Part shown: positions 16,072-24,702 of the stretch, piece by piece
How positions within the stretch are numbered: position 1 is the first letter of the stretch
Layout: each line of letters opens with the position of its first letter
DNA from: a virus
Lineage: Duplodnaviria; Caudoviricetes
Reading direction: 5' to 3' (one strand)
IMG/VR virus record: IMGVR_UViG_3300030095_000676
Location: 1 to 43,548 of that record
Length of the DNA: 43,548 bases
Notes under the pieces: model-generated
Databases searched by the model: none
Told to the model about the DNA's origin: nothing
Seen by the model: the letters and a program-made list of their open reading frames with translations, nothing else
Program-made: the position numbers and the translations under genes

Positions 16072-16662
16072 ATGGCAATTACTACTAAGAATATTATTGC
16101 TATTTATAAACTAGCAAAGCCTAATGAGGTAAAGCATGGACTGACTTGGTATCACAAAGCTCTTGCCGATTGCAAGGGGGTATCTTCCCGGTTGGAACTA
16201 CCATTGCATATTGTCGTTGGAGTAGTGGCATCACTATCACCCAATAATAAATGGGAACGCAATACAATTAATGCTTTTGACTTATGCAATGCTTTTATAA
16301 ATGGTAATGATATGGATAGCGTTAAGGTTAGCACCTATCATACAATGAAGAGGAAGGCATGGTTTATATTGGAAGAGATGCCAACGTATGATGAGGTGGT
16401 TAAAATATTGAATGGTAAAAAAATTGTATCATTCTATAAAAATATTATGGGTGATGAGTCTGAGATTACAATAGATGGTCATGCAAGGAATATCTATTAT
16501 AATGATAGGCAAGGGCTGACTACACCCAATACTAATATTAGAAAGTTGGAGTATATAGATATCCAAAAAGCGTATAAGAGGGCTAGTAAAAAGCTAGGCA
16601 TCAAAGCGTATGAGTTACAAGCTATTACTTGGGTAGCGTGGAAAAGAATACATAATATATAG
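16072..16662 (+). CDS. Conserved phage early protein, possibly HhH-GPD glycosylase-like fold
   Basis: WY...ASLSPNNKW...KIVSF..NI...ITIDGHA...LQAITW motifs; AGGAGG RBS. Confidence 0.6.
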   Translation: MAITTKNIIAIYKLAKPNEVKHGLTWYHKALADCKGVSSRLELPLHIVVGVVASLSPNNKWERNTINAFDLCNAFINGNDMDSVKVSTYHTMKRKAWFILEEMPTYDEVVKILNGKKIVSFYKNIMGDESEITIDGHARNIYYNDRQGLTTPNTNIRKLEYIDIQKAYKRASKKLGIKAYELQAITWVAWKRIHNI

Positions 16663-16670
16663 GAGGTAGT

Positions 16671-16895
16671 ATGAAAACTAAAGTAAGGTTTAATCCTAAT
16701 GGGAAGACACCAATCTCATCACCCCAATGGGTGAGTTTATATTGTGATTTAGCTTGTCATATAGAAAGTAAGCTATATCCTAATAGGAAAACTCATAATA
16801 AATATGGGGATAGATTGGAAGAAACTGAGGACGATTTTTTGGAGATAGTGGATGACGTTGAGGAGATAATGTCTCACTATTTTACAAAAGACTAG
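16671..16895 (+). CDS. Early hypothetical protein
   Basis: AGGAGG RBS; acidic C-terminus. Confidence 0.7.
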   Translation: MKTKVRFNPNGKTPISSPQWVSLYCDLACHIESKLYPNRKTHNKYGDRLEETEDDFLEIVDDVEEIMSHYFTKD

Positions 16896-16988
16896 CTAGG
16901 TGTAACAATAAGCAATGGGTTTTGTCGTTATTACCATTGACGAAATAGTGTCTAACAATTAAGTTATGAACTTACCTAGCCTTTTTTT
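16895..16988 (+). other. Intergenic long-range stem followed by a T-tract (processing site or terminator-like)
   Basis: GCTAGGT (16895-16901) / ACCTAGC (16974-16980), then C and T7; internal CAATGG/CCATTG stem. Confidence 0.45.
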
Positions 16989-16999
16989 AACATAGCATC

Positions 17000-17293
17000 A
17001 TGGAGGTTAATATGCTAGAACAACTAATAAATAAATTATCTATGTCTAACGATAAGTATAGTGCATGGAGGGTAATCCAGGATTTTGAGGAGAGAGGTGT
17101 AAAGCCATCAATTGATAGGACAAACACCACTTCAAGAGGTTGGCGAGGTTACTCGGTAAAGCCTAGTAAGAAGGGTAAATTTACTGAGGTTAATTATGGG
17201 TATAGAGTTTGCTATTATGGCAACCCATTCAATAATGTTTATAGGATAGTAGCAAGAGATGGTCAAGAGTACATCACGCACAAGATATCCTAG
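17000..17293 (+). CDS. Early hypothetical protein
   Basis: ORF; likely starts at the second Met after GGAGG. Confidence 0.7.
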   Translation: MEVNMLEQLINKLSMSNDKYSAWRVIQDFEERGVKPSIDRTNTTSRGWRGYSVKPSKKGKFTEVNYGYRVCYYGNPFNNVYRIVARDGQEYITHKIS

Positions 17294-17308
17294 TAGGATA
17301 AACCCCAT

Positions 17309-17371
17309 AGTCAAGGCACTAATAAATTTAAAAAAAAGTGTCTTGACTTTTAAACCAAAAAAGGGTAAAGG
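17309..17371. promoter_or_regulatory. Inverted repeat carrying back-to-back TTGACT -35 boxes
   Basis: AGTCAAGGCACT (17309-17320) / AGTGTCTTGACT (17337-17348) around an AT tract. Confidence 0.55.
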
Positions 17372-17408
17372 TAGTTATAATAGAAATAAATTTAAAAGAG
17401 GTGACTAA

Positions 17409-17642
17409 ATGAAGTATGATATTATATATACAATAAATGGCTCAAGGACTTTTGATAGTGAGGAAAGTCTAATAGATTATTGCAAGTGCAATGGGTATGA
17501 ACATAAAGGTTACAATCGTAACACTTGGCATAGACAAGAGTTGCAAGAGCAACCAATATTTGATGGCTTGGCTGGACCATTATGGGATGGTGATAGAGTA
17601 CGCTATGAAACTTGGGAAGTATTTGAAAGGTTATCAAGATGA
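17409..17642 (+). CDS. Early hypothetical protein
   Basis: GAGGT RBS; coupled to the next gene. Confidence 0.7.
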   Translation: MKYDIIYTINGSRTFDSEESLIDYCKCNGYEHKGYNRNTWHRQELQEQPIFDGLAGPLWDGDRVRYETWEVFERLSR

Positions 17643-17875
17643 TTTATTATGATGATAAGTATGGATATAAAAATGTTCTATCATATGACGAGTGTGAAGC
17701 TGTCAATGATTTAATCCGGGAAAGGCTCTATCAGTTAGAACATTCTGATAGGGTAACTCATTCTGATATAGTAGAATTAGAAATTATATTAGATAAAATT
17801 AATGGTCTATATCCAAAAGATAGTGACGAAGACCAAGTATTAGCAGAGATGAAGGAGGGCATACATGAAGATTAA
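17639..17875 (+). CDS. Early hypothetical acidic protein
   Basis: ATGA overlap. Confidence 0.65.
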   Translation: MIYYDDKYGYKNVLSYDECEAVNDLIRERLYQLEHSDRVTHSDIVELEIILDKINGLYPKDSDEDQVLAEMKEGIHED

Positions 17876-18566
17876 AGATATCATTAAGATACTAGAGATA
17901 ACTGAGGGTAAACTTATAGCTGATGAAGAGTTAGAAACTAAAAAGCTACCTAAAGATATGTATGATGAGTTTGATTGTACTATACATGGGGTTACTAAAC
18001 CCTTAGAAGAGTTAGACTTTATACATCTAGTGAGGTCTTATAAAAATAAGATTAGGGATTTAACTGATGGGTATGTTAGTAAGGAAATCTATCAGATGAT
18101 ATTCGATAAGTGTGAACAGCTAGAGAAAAACGCAAACTCTAAAATGGTTTTTAAATTAGAGGAAGAAGTATCTAGGTTGAAGTCTGAGGTTGAAAGATAT
18201 AAGAGTATGAAAGAGGGTGCTGAAAACTCAATGGTAGAGTGGAGAAGTAACTTTAATTTACTAGGTGACAAACATCAACAACTCAAAGATGAAAACAAAA
18301 GACTAAACGATAGATATATAGATGCTATGTATGGAGATAAAACTGTAGGGCATAAGTATTGTTTCTCAGAAATACCTAATGATGACGAGGGTAATAACTT
18401 AATAAAACAGATGCGGCAATATGTAAATCTCAAGGGATATAACATGGTAGTCAGAGGTCAACATTTAAAAGATGGAGAAGATTGGAAGGACTATCCACAT
18501 GGTTACCCTATTAAAAAGTCAACTCATCTAAGAGTATATTTACACAGAAAATATGAGGAGAAGTAA
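17865..18566 (+). CDS. Early coiled-coil hypothetical protein
   Basis: AAGGAGG RBS; central coiled coil. Confidence 0.7.
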   Translation: MKIKDIIKILEITEGKLIADEELETKKLPKDMYDEFDCTIHGVTKPLEELDFIHLVRSYKNKIRDLTDGYVSKEIYQMIFDKCEQLEKNANSKMVFKLEEEVSRLKSEVERYKSMKEGAENSMVEWRSNFNLLGDKHQQLKDENKRLNDRYIDAMYGDKTVGHKYCFSEIPNDDEGNNLIKQMRQYVNLKGYNMVVRGQHLKDGEDWKDYPHGYPIKKSTHLRVYLHRKYEEK

Positions 18567-18752
18567 ATGAAACTATTATATATATTATTACCACTACTAT
18601 TAATATCATGTTCATATATGCCTGAACCACTCAATGACCCACAAGTGTCTTACTTTGGTAAAAAGTGTAATGGACAAGCATGGAGTTACATATGGATAAA
18701 TAAAAGAGGTCAAGACTTGACAGCTACTAAAGATAAGTGTAAAAAGAAATAA
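18567..18752 (+). CDS. Small lipoprotein
   Basis: MKLLYILLPLLLISC lipobox plus two further Cys; GAGGAG RBS. Confidence 0.65.
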   Translation: MKLLYILLPLLLISCSYMPEPLNDPQVSYFGKKCNGQAWSYIWINKRGQDLTATKDKCKKK

Positions 18753-18768
18753 AATCCAGGAGGGGTAA

Positions 18769-18981
18769 ATGAAACTATATGAAACAAAAGACTTAGGACT
18801 ATCAATGTTAACAGAGTTAACTAAGATAGATGTTAATGTTCTTGAGGTTGCACTAACTCATTTAATTGAAGAGTTAATAGATACTCAGAATGATAAAGAC
18901 TTTAATTTAAATCAACAGTTAGCAAGTGCTAAAGCAATGTACATAGCACTAGGTAACAAATCTTTTTGGGGAGGTAGATAA
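18769..18981 (+). CDS. Hypothetical protein
   Basis: AGGAGG RBS. Confidence 0.7.
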   Translation: MKLYETKDLGLSMLTELTKIDVNVLEVALTHLIEELIDTQNDKDFNLNQQLASAKAMYIALGNKSFWGGR

Positions 18982-19163
18982 TGAAAACAAAAATTGTTCC
19001 AGTAGTTATAAAAAATACACATGATAACATAAGCAGACGAAATGCAGAAACTATATCCGATATAGTGTATGATACACTAGATGAATTAGGTTATATAGAT
19101 GATGATAACTTAATGAATTGGAGTTGGAATATAGAAGTATCATTAGAAATAAAGGAGGATTAA
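18981..19163 (+). CDS. Hypothetical protein
   Basis: TAATG coupling, GGAGG RBS. Confidence 0.7.
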   Translation: MKTKIVPVVIKNTHDNISRRNAETISDIVYDTLDELGYIDDDNLMNWSWNIEVSLEIKED

Positions 19164-19164
19164 T

Positions 19165-19377
19165 ATGGATACTGAAGGTTGGAATAATCACGAAGATACT
19201 TTTGAAGAAGCCTTGCGTAGAGAATTATTATTAGCAAGAAAACAAATAGGTTTCTTAGAAGATGATATAAAAGAGTTGACAAAATCTTATTATCAGATGA
19301 TAACTATATTCAAGAAACATCTTGAGAAAGAAGGACATGATGAAGATACAATCAAAACTATTACAAAGGAGGTATAG
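19165..19377 (+). CDS. Hypothetical coiled-coil protein
   Basis: AAGGAGG RBS. Confidence 0.7.
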   Translation: MDTEGWNNHEDTFEEALRRELLLARKQIGFLEDDIKELTKSYYQMITIFKKHLEKEGHDEDTIKTITKEV

Positions 19378-20382
19378 ATGAATGTATTAAGTTTATTTGA
19401 TGGTATGTCTTGTGGTCAGATAGCACTCAACAAGGCTGGTATAAAGTATCACAACTATTTTGCTTGTGAGATTGACAAGTATGCTATACAAGTTGCACAA
19501 GAGAATTTCCCGGAAACAGTTCAGTTAGGTGATGTAACTAAAGTATGGACTAGCAAGAGTTGGTCACAAGGCAAAGAGTATGGTGTTCTAGTTGCACCTT
19601 GTCGAGGACATCACAGAATTGATTTACTTATGGGTGGTTCACCTTGCCAAGGATTTAGTTTTGCAGGTAAGCAGTTAAACTTTGATGACCCTCGTAGTAA
19701 ATTATTCTTTGAGTTTGTTAGGCTAAAGGATAGCTTACAACCAAAGTATTTCTTACTTGAGAATGTCAAGATGAAGAAAGAGTCACAAGATATTATCACA
19801 GAGTATTTAGGTGTTGAGCCTATTGAGATAAACAGTAGTTTGTTTTCTGCTCAGAGTAGACGTAGGTTATATTGGACTAACATACCCTTTGATAAACAAA
19901 TCCAGGATAAGGGTATAGTATTAAAAGATATCTTAGAAGACTTACCATTCTCTGAGATACCTAACTACCTTAATAATAAATGGTGTGGTAGACGTAGAGG
20001 TGACATGGTTAAATCAATTACAGATGATAAAGCACATTGCCTTACTGCATCTATGTGGAAAGGACAGATACCTACCTTTGTAAAGAAGCCTATCCAAGTT
20101 GGTGAAGCAACTAACATCAAGGGATTTGATGTAATCAAAAGAGTTTATTCAGATAAAGGTAAATCACCTACCCTTACCACTATGCAAGGTGGACATAGAG
20201 AACCAAAGGTTGCTATTGAAGACGAGTTGTACAGAAAGCTGACACCCCTTGAGTGTGAGAGATTACAAACTGTTCCTGACAACTACACTAACCATGTGTC
20301 CAAGACACAACGATACAAGATGCTAGGCAACGGCTGGACAGTTGATGTTGTATCACATATATTTGAGGGTATGGCAGAGTGA
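19378..20382 (+). CDS. DNA (cytosine-5) methyltransferase
   Basis: Motif I LSLFDGMSCG, IV GGSPCQ, VI LENV, VIII QSRRRLY, IX RKLTPLECERLQ, X LGNGW. Confidence 0.93.
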   Translation: MNVLSLFDGMSCGQIALNKAGIKYHNYFACEIDKYAIQVAQENFPETVQLGDVTKVWTSKSWSQGKEYGVLVAPCRGHHRIDLLMGGSPCQGFSFAGKQLNFDDPRSKLFFEFVRLKDSLQPKYFLLENVKMKKESQDIITEYLGVEPIEINSSLFSAQSRRRLYWTNIPFDKQIQDKGIVLKDILEDLPFSEIPNYLNNKWCGRRRGDMVKSITDDKAHCLTASMWKGQIPTFVKKPIQVGEATNIKGFDVIKRVYSDKGKSPTLTTMQGGHREPKVAIEDELYRKLTPLECERLQTVPDNYTNHVSKTQRYKMLGNGWTVDVVSHIFEGMAE

Positions 20383-20456
20383 TTATGCAGTGGATTGCAA
20401 ATCCATTTATAAAGGTTTGATTCCTTTTACCCTCTCCAACTTTATAGGAGATTTAA

Positions 20457-20666
20457 ATGAATAGATATGCTGTATCATTAAAAAGAAATCTAGTTGACGA
20501 ACATTACATTAGATTTTTTATCAAGGCATACAATACTGAACATATTATTGATATGCTAGGAGAAGAGTATTACATTCTCAAATGTGAAATAACTTATGAT
20601 AAAATTCCATCAAAGAAAAATAGGAAAGGACATAATTTTTATGAGTATATTGAAGGAGAAAAATAA
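20457..20666 (+). CDS. Hypothetical protein
   Basis: AGGAG RBS. Confidence 0.65.
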   Translation: MNRYAVSLKRNLVDEHYIRFFIKAYNTEHIIDMLGEEYYILKCEITYDKIPSKKNRKGHNFYEYIEGEK

Positions 20667-20893
20667 TGACTGATACACACCATACGACAGATTCATTTCA
20701 TACAAAGATGCAAGAGATTTTATTTCATATGTATGATGTTAGACAAGAAATTATATTTGATGTTTGTGATGCTGATAAGATGCACCCAAACGCTATCAAG
20801 TTTCTTGACATACTTAAAGATGCTATCCTATCTATAGAAAAATTAGAGGATAGGATTGTAGAAAACAAAGGGAGTTTACATGAGCAACATTGA
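20666..20893 (+). CDS. Hypothetical protein
   Basis: TAATG coupling with AAGGAG. Confidence 0.65.
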   Translation: MTDTHHTTDSFHTKMQEILFHMYDVRQEIIFDVCDADKMHPNAIKFLDILKDAILSIEKLEDRIVENKGSLHEQH

Positions 20894-21122
20894 TGAGTTT
20901 ATAAGTTATAATGTAAAAGATAAAGCAGTATTAATTAATCTTATCATAGCAAGATATAATGAAGGTGTGAGAGATGGTTTAATTACTGGTGTAAAAAATA
21001 AAACAAAAGATGATAACTCATTTTATAATCGAGGGTTTGACTTTGGTATTGAGATGACTAAAGAAATAGAAGCTGATTCTAAAAGTATGTCAGAATTAAT
21101 ACAAGCATTAAACAAACAATAA
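20880..21122 (+). CDS. Hypothetical protein (YNEG.RDG...FYNRGFDFG)
   Basis: GGGAG RBS. Confidence 0.65.
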   Translation: MSNIDEFISYNVKDKAVLINLIIARYNEGVRDGLITGVKNKTKDDNSFYNRGFDFGIEMTKEIEADSKSMSELIQALNKQ

Positions 21123-21133
21123 AGGAGATTTAT

Positions 21134-21373
21134 ATGTCAGAAATAAATGATGATGAATTACTATTATATAAACATCATAAGAAACAACTTACTAGTTTAA
21201 AAGGTAAGTATGAAATAAATCCATCAGTTGATTTTGAGAAGGTAGATAGAGACCACTTAGCTGATATGATTTATGATTACCTGGTGGATAACTATGGTGA
21301 TGTAACTAGCTTTGATATGAAGATAACAGGCTTTTATGAAACTGCAAAATATGAATTTAAAAGGAGGAAGTAA
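21134..21373 (+). CDS. Hypothetical protein
   Basis: AAGGAG RBS. Confidence 0.65.
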   Translation: MSEINDDELLLYKHHKKQLTSLKGKYEINPSVDFEKVDRDHLADMIYDYLVDNYGDVTSFDMKITGFYETAKYEFKRRK

Positions 21374-21543
21374 TGCGAGAACTTAGAATACATACTGATG
21401 TTGACAAGGTTGATAGTGAAGAGTATGAAGAGGTAGGTAAGTTAGAAGAGAGTGACTTACAAACTTTATTAAAAGATAAGCTAGTCAAGGATGGTGTATC
21501 TGCTGATTGGCTGGACAAACATTTAATTGTTGTGGAGGATTAA
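21373..21543 (+). CDS. 56-aa acidic hypothetical protein (not in ORF track)
   Basis: MRELRIHTDVDKVDSEEYEE...LIVVED; AGGAGG RBS and TAATG coupling on both sides. Confidence 0.7.
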   Translation: MRELRIHTDVDKVDSEEYEEVGKLEESDLQTLLKDKLVKDGVSADWLDKHLIVVED

Positions 21544-21614
21544 TGACTATATTTGAATTTCTTGGATGGTACTTTTTAATATGTTTACTATTACATTTTA
21601 GGACAAGCCTATGA
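21543..21614 (+). CDS. 23-aa hydrophobic peptide coupled to the integrase (not in ORF track)
   Basis: MTIFEFLGWYFLICLLLHFRTSL; GGAGG RBS; its TGA overlaps the integrase ATG. Confidence 0.55.
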   Translation: MTIFEFLGWYFLICLLLHFRTSL

Positions 21615-22501
21615 AATATTTACATGAATTAGTTGATGATTATCTTTTGTCGCACGAGTATTTAAGTTTACGAAATGAAACAAAAAAGAATTATACATAT
21701 TTATTATCTGTAATCTTAGATACAAAGGTTGAGACAAAAGAGTTTAACAAGATTCGGTTAACAAGTTTATCAACTAGATATGCAAAACTTGCATATAACA
21801 AGTGGTGTGACAGAGGTATATCATTAGCTAATCATGTCAGAACTATGGCAGGAGTTATCTTTAATCATGGTATTCGTATGGAGTATGTAACAGTTAATCC
21901 GTTTGCCGCAATTAAAAGAAGAACAAAGGAATCAAGGAAAGTAATATGGTCTAAGGAACATATAAAAGATTTCTTAGATGTAGCTTATTCAGATTTTAAA
22001 ACTAGAAATATAGGTTTGATTGCACAGATGGCATACGAATGGTGTCAAAGACTAGGAGATATGAGACTTTTAAAATGGGATAACTTTGATATGTCTAAAA
22101 GAAGAGTGCATATAGAGCAGTCTAAACGTAGAGCAGAAGTGTTCCTACCTATATCAGATGAATTGTTTAAGATGTTAGAACAACAGAAAGAAGATTTTGA
22201 TTTCCAGGAATATGTTGCACCAAGACCTATGCCTTACAGAGGTAGGTTCTTACCTTATTCAGAATTTGTTTTACCAAAGTTTGCTAAAAGAATTATGAGT
22301 AAGGCTAATCTACCTAGTGACTTACGACTATCTGATTTAAGAAGGACAGGAACTACAGAAATGGTTGAAGCTGGGGTAGATATTACACAGATAATGGCAG
22401 TTACAGGTCACTCTCATCCTCAGTCTGTGCAACCTTATATTAAAAATACTTTCGATTCAGCAAATAATGCCTTGACAAAAAGACAAAATTATGGTAAGTA
22501 A
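21611..22501 (+). CDS. int: Tyrosine recombinase / integrase
   Basis: CQRLGDMR (catalytic R), QSKR (K), SDLRRTG, VTGHS...QPY (H, Y). Confidence 0.88.
   Translation: MKYLHELVDDYLLSHEYLSLRNETKKNYTYLLSVILDTKVETKEFNKIRLTSLSTRYAKLAYNKWCDRGISLANHVRTMAGVIFNHGIRMEYVTVNPFAAIKRRTKESRKVIWSKEHIKDFLDVAYSDFKTRNIGLIAQMAYEWCQRLGDMRLLKWDNFDMSKRRVHIEQSKRRAEVFLPISDELFKMLEQQKEDFDFQEYVAPRPMPYRGRFLPYSEFVLPKFAKRIMSKANLPSDLRLSDLRRTGTTEMVEAGVDITQIMAVTGHSHPQSVQPYIKNTFDSANNALTKRQNYGK
22472..22500 (+). promoter_or_regulatory. Putative sigma70 promoter for the replication genes
   Basis: TTGACA, 17 nt, TAAGTA with TG extension, in the integrase 3' end. Confidence 0.55.
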
Positions 22502-23282
22502 TATTTATACATTACAAGGTGTTAATATGAATATGGAAAACTTAGGTTTAGATTTACAGTTAGGTGAGACAAAAAGAATAAGTTGTCCTCACTGTGGTGG
22601 ATATAATACTTTTACTATATCAAATGATGATGGTAATTTAGTTTGGAATTGTTATAAGTTATCTTGTAATGTAAGAGGTAAGAAGAAAGCTATACTTAAT
22701 GCTGAAGATTTAATTACTTTATTTAAAGTTAAAGATAAAAAAGATTGTGACTTTGTTCTACCTGATTGTATTGTACCTGGTGAGAACAGAGGAGCAGTAA
22801 TAAAATTTGTAAATACATGGGGAATACCTATACTTGATTTAATGTATGATGCTAGGGAAGACAGAGTTGTATTTCCTATTAAGTATGGAAACAGAATTGT
22901 TGATGCCGTTGGGAAAGCATTGACAAGAAAACTACCAAAGTGGAAACGATATGGTAAGTCACCTCTCCCATATCAATTTGGTAGTGGTAATGCGGCAGTG
23001 GTCGTGGAGGATTGCATCAGTGCAAATGTTGCTGGTAGTGTTAACGGCATAGTTGGGGTTGCACTACTTGGAACAAATCTCTTGGAAAAGCACAAAGACC
23101 TCCTATCACAATACTCTACAGTCACTGTCGCATTAGACCCTGATGCTATGTTAAAGAGTCTAGAGATGGTGAGAGAGTTAAGAAATTATGTTAGTACTGT
23201 GAGAGCAGTTAAGTTAACAGATGATTTAAAATATAAGAATGAAGAAGATTTAAATACTATTAGAGAGGTTGTATGGAACTAA
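22491..23282 (+). CDS. DNA primase (Zn finger plus TOPRIM)
   Basis: CPHC...WNCYKLSC; VVEDCISA; ALLGT; VALDPDA. True start probably the MNME Met a few codons in. Confidence 0.85.
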   Translation: MVSNIYTLQGVNMNMENLGLDLQLGETKRISCPHCGGYNTFTISNDDGNLVWNCYKLSCNVRGKKKAILNAEDLITLFKVKDKKDCDFVLPDCIVPGENRGAVIKFVNTWGIPILDLMYDAREDRVVFPIKYGNRIVDAVGKALTRKLPKWKRYGKSPLPYQFGSGNAAVVVEDCISANVAGSVNGIVGVALLGTNLLEKHKDLLSQYSTVTVALDPDAMLKSLEMVRELRNYVSTVRAVKLTDDLKYKNEEDLNTIREVVWN

Positions 23283-24520
23283 CATTAATTAGAAGTTTAA
23301 TGAACAAAGAATTTTATGATGAACATAAAGGTAGTAAATGTCCTGATAGATTGTTTAGTAAAGAAGTTCGTAAGATAAAAGAATCTATTGATGAATCAAT
23401 GGATAAGTTTAAAAGAACTATGACACCTGACGAAATTGAAGCATACTTTATTTCAATAAATCCTACCCTAACAACGGCACAAAAAGAAAACTATGCTAGG
23501 TTATTTAGGAATATAAAATCTGAAAAGCCTATGGGTAATGATGTAGCTTCAGATGTTTTATCAAAACTATTTCAACAAGTAGTAGGTGAAGACATAGCTA
23601 ATCTTGGATTTGATTATGTCAATGGTACACAGTCAACCCTTGAACCATTGCGTGGTATACTTGATAAGTATGGTGATGACTTTACACCTAACATGAATTT
23701 AGATTGGCATGATTCAGATATGGATAGTGTGTTGTCAAATCTAAAATTAAAATACAAATGGAAATTTAATATACCTACCTTATCTAAAAGGATTCCAGGA
23801 GTTAATGCTGGACACTTTGCTATTGTAGGTGCAAGACCTAACACGGGTAAGACTTCATTCCTTGCTAGTTTAATTGCCGCACCAAATGGGTTTGCTCATC
23901 AAGGAGCTAAGTGTGTCTTACTTGTTAATGAAGAAACTGCTGACAGAGTTTTAGAAAGGTATATAACTTCTGCATCAGGTTACACAACTGATGAACAGTA
24001 CAGAACTACACACCCATATGTCTATGATGACTATGATAAGGTGAAGAGTTTGTATGGTAAAGTACATAACAACATTAAGATTATGGAAACACATGATAAA
24101 CAAATGACATATGTAGAAACTGTTTGTAAGATTGAGAAGCCTGATGTTTTAATAGTAGATGTTGGTGATAAGTTTGCAACAATGCAAGGGTTTGTAAGAC
24201 AAGACGAATCCTTAAAAGCAAATGTTATTCACGCAAGACAGATAGCAAAGGTATATGGTTGTGTTGTATTCTATGTATCACAATTATCTACAGAAGCTGA
24301 AGGTAAAGTTGTTTTAAATCAGAGTATGCTTGAAGGTTCTAAGACAGGTAAAGCCGCTGAAGCAGACTTGATATTACTATTGGCTCGTAATCCTCACGTT
24401 CAAGGACAGTTTGAAGAGGACAAACAGAGACATATAAATATTGCCAAGAATAAATTAACAGGTTGGCATGGAGTTTTACATTGTAATCTAGATTATGTGA
24501 CTGGTAGATACTATGCATAG
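23273..24520 (+). CDS. DnaB-like (SF4) replicative helicase
   Basis: Walker A GARPNTGKT, NEE, LIVD, VSQLS, AEAD, IAKNK. Confidence 0.9.
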   Translation: MELTLIRSLMNKEFYDEHKGSKCPDRLFSKEVRKIKESIDESMDKFKRTMTPDEIEAYFISINPTLTTAQKENYARLFRNIKSEKPMGNDVASDVLSKLFQQVVGEDIANLGFDYVNGTQSTLEPLRGILDKYGDDFTPNMNLDWHDSDMDSVLSNLKLKYKWKFNIPTLSKRIPGVNAGHFAIVGARPNTGKTSFLASLIAAPNGFAHQGAKCVLLVNEETADRVLERYITSASGYTTDEQYRTTHPYVYDDYDKVKSLYGKVHNNIKIMETHDKQMTYVETVCKIEKPDVLIVDVGDKFATMQGFVRQDESLKANVIHARQIAKVYGCVVFYVSQLSTEAEGKVVLNQSMLEGSKTGKAAEADLILLLARNPHVQGQFEEDKQRHINIAKNKLTGWHGVLHCNLDYVTGRYYA

Positions 24521-24581
24521 TATACAGTGTAGAAAGTTCACATGGTGTGAACATTTGTTTTTAACTAGAAAAGGAGATAAC

Positions 24582-24695
24582 ATGGACCCGATTACTTTCT
24601 CAGGTGTTGTCAGCTTCGGTATTAAATTAGTACTTGCTTTAGGCATTACTAAAGAAGTTGTTACACCTCTCTTGGTTTCAGCTTTCGGAGGTTAA
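24582..24695 (+). CDS. 37-aa hydrophobic peptide between helicase and polymerase
   Basis: AAAGGAG RBS before ATG 24582; MDPITFSGVVSFGIKLVLALGITKEVVTPLLVSAFGG. Confidence 0.65.
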   Translation: MDPITFSGVVSFGIKLVLALGITKEVVTPLLVSAFGG

Positions 24696-24702
24696 TGCTG
24701 AT

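Noticed and set aside
20386-20425. 11-codon ORF and TGGAT..ATCCA palindrome after the MTase
   Set aside because: Too short and weak to distinguish from chance.
22325-22350. Integrase DLRR in place of HxLR as a sign of a pseudogene
   Set aside because: The ORF is intact and the other catalytic residues are present; this position tolerates substitution in tyrosine recombinases.
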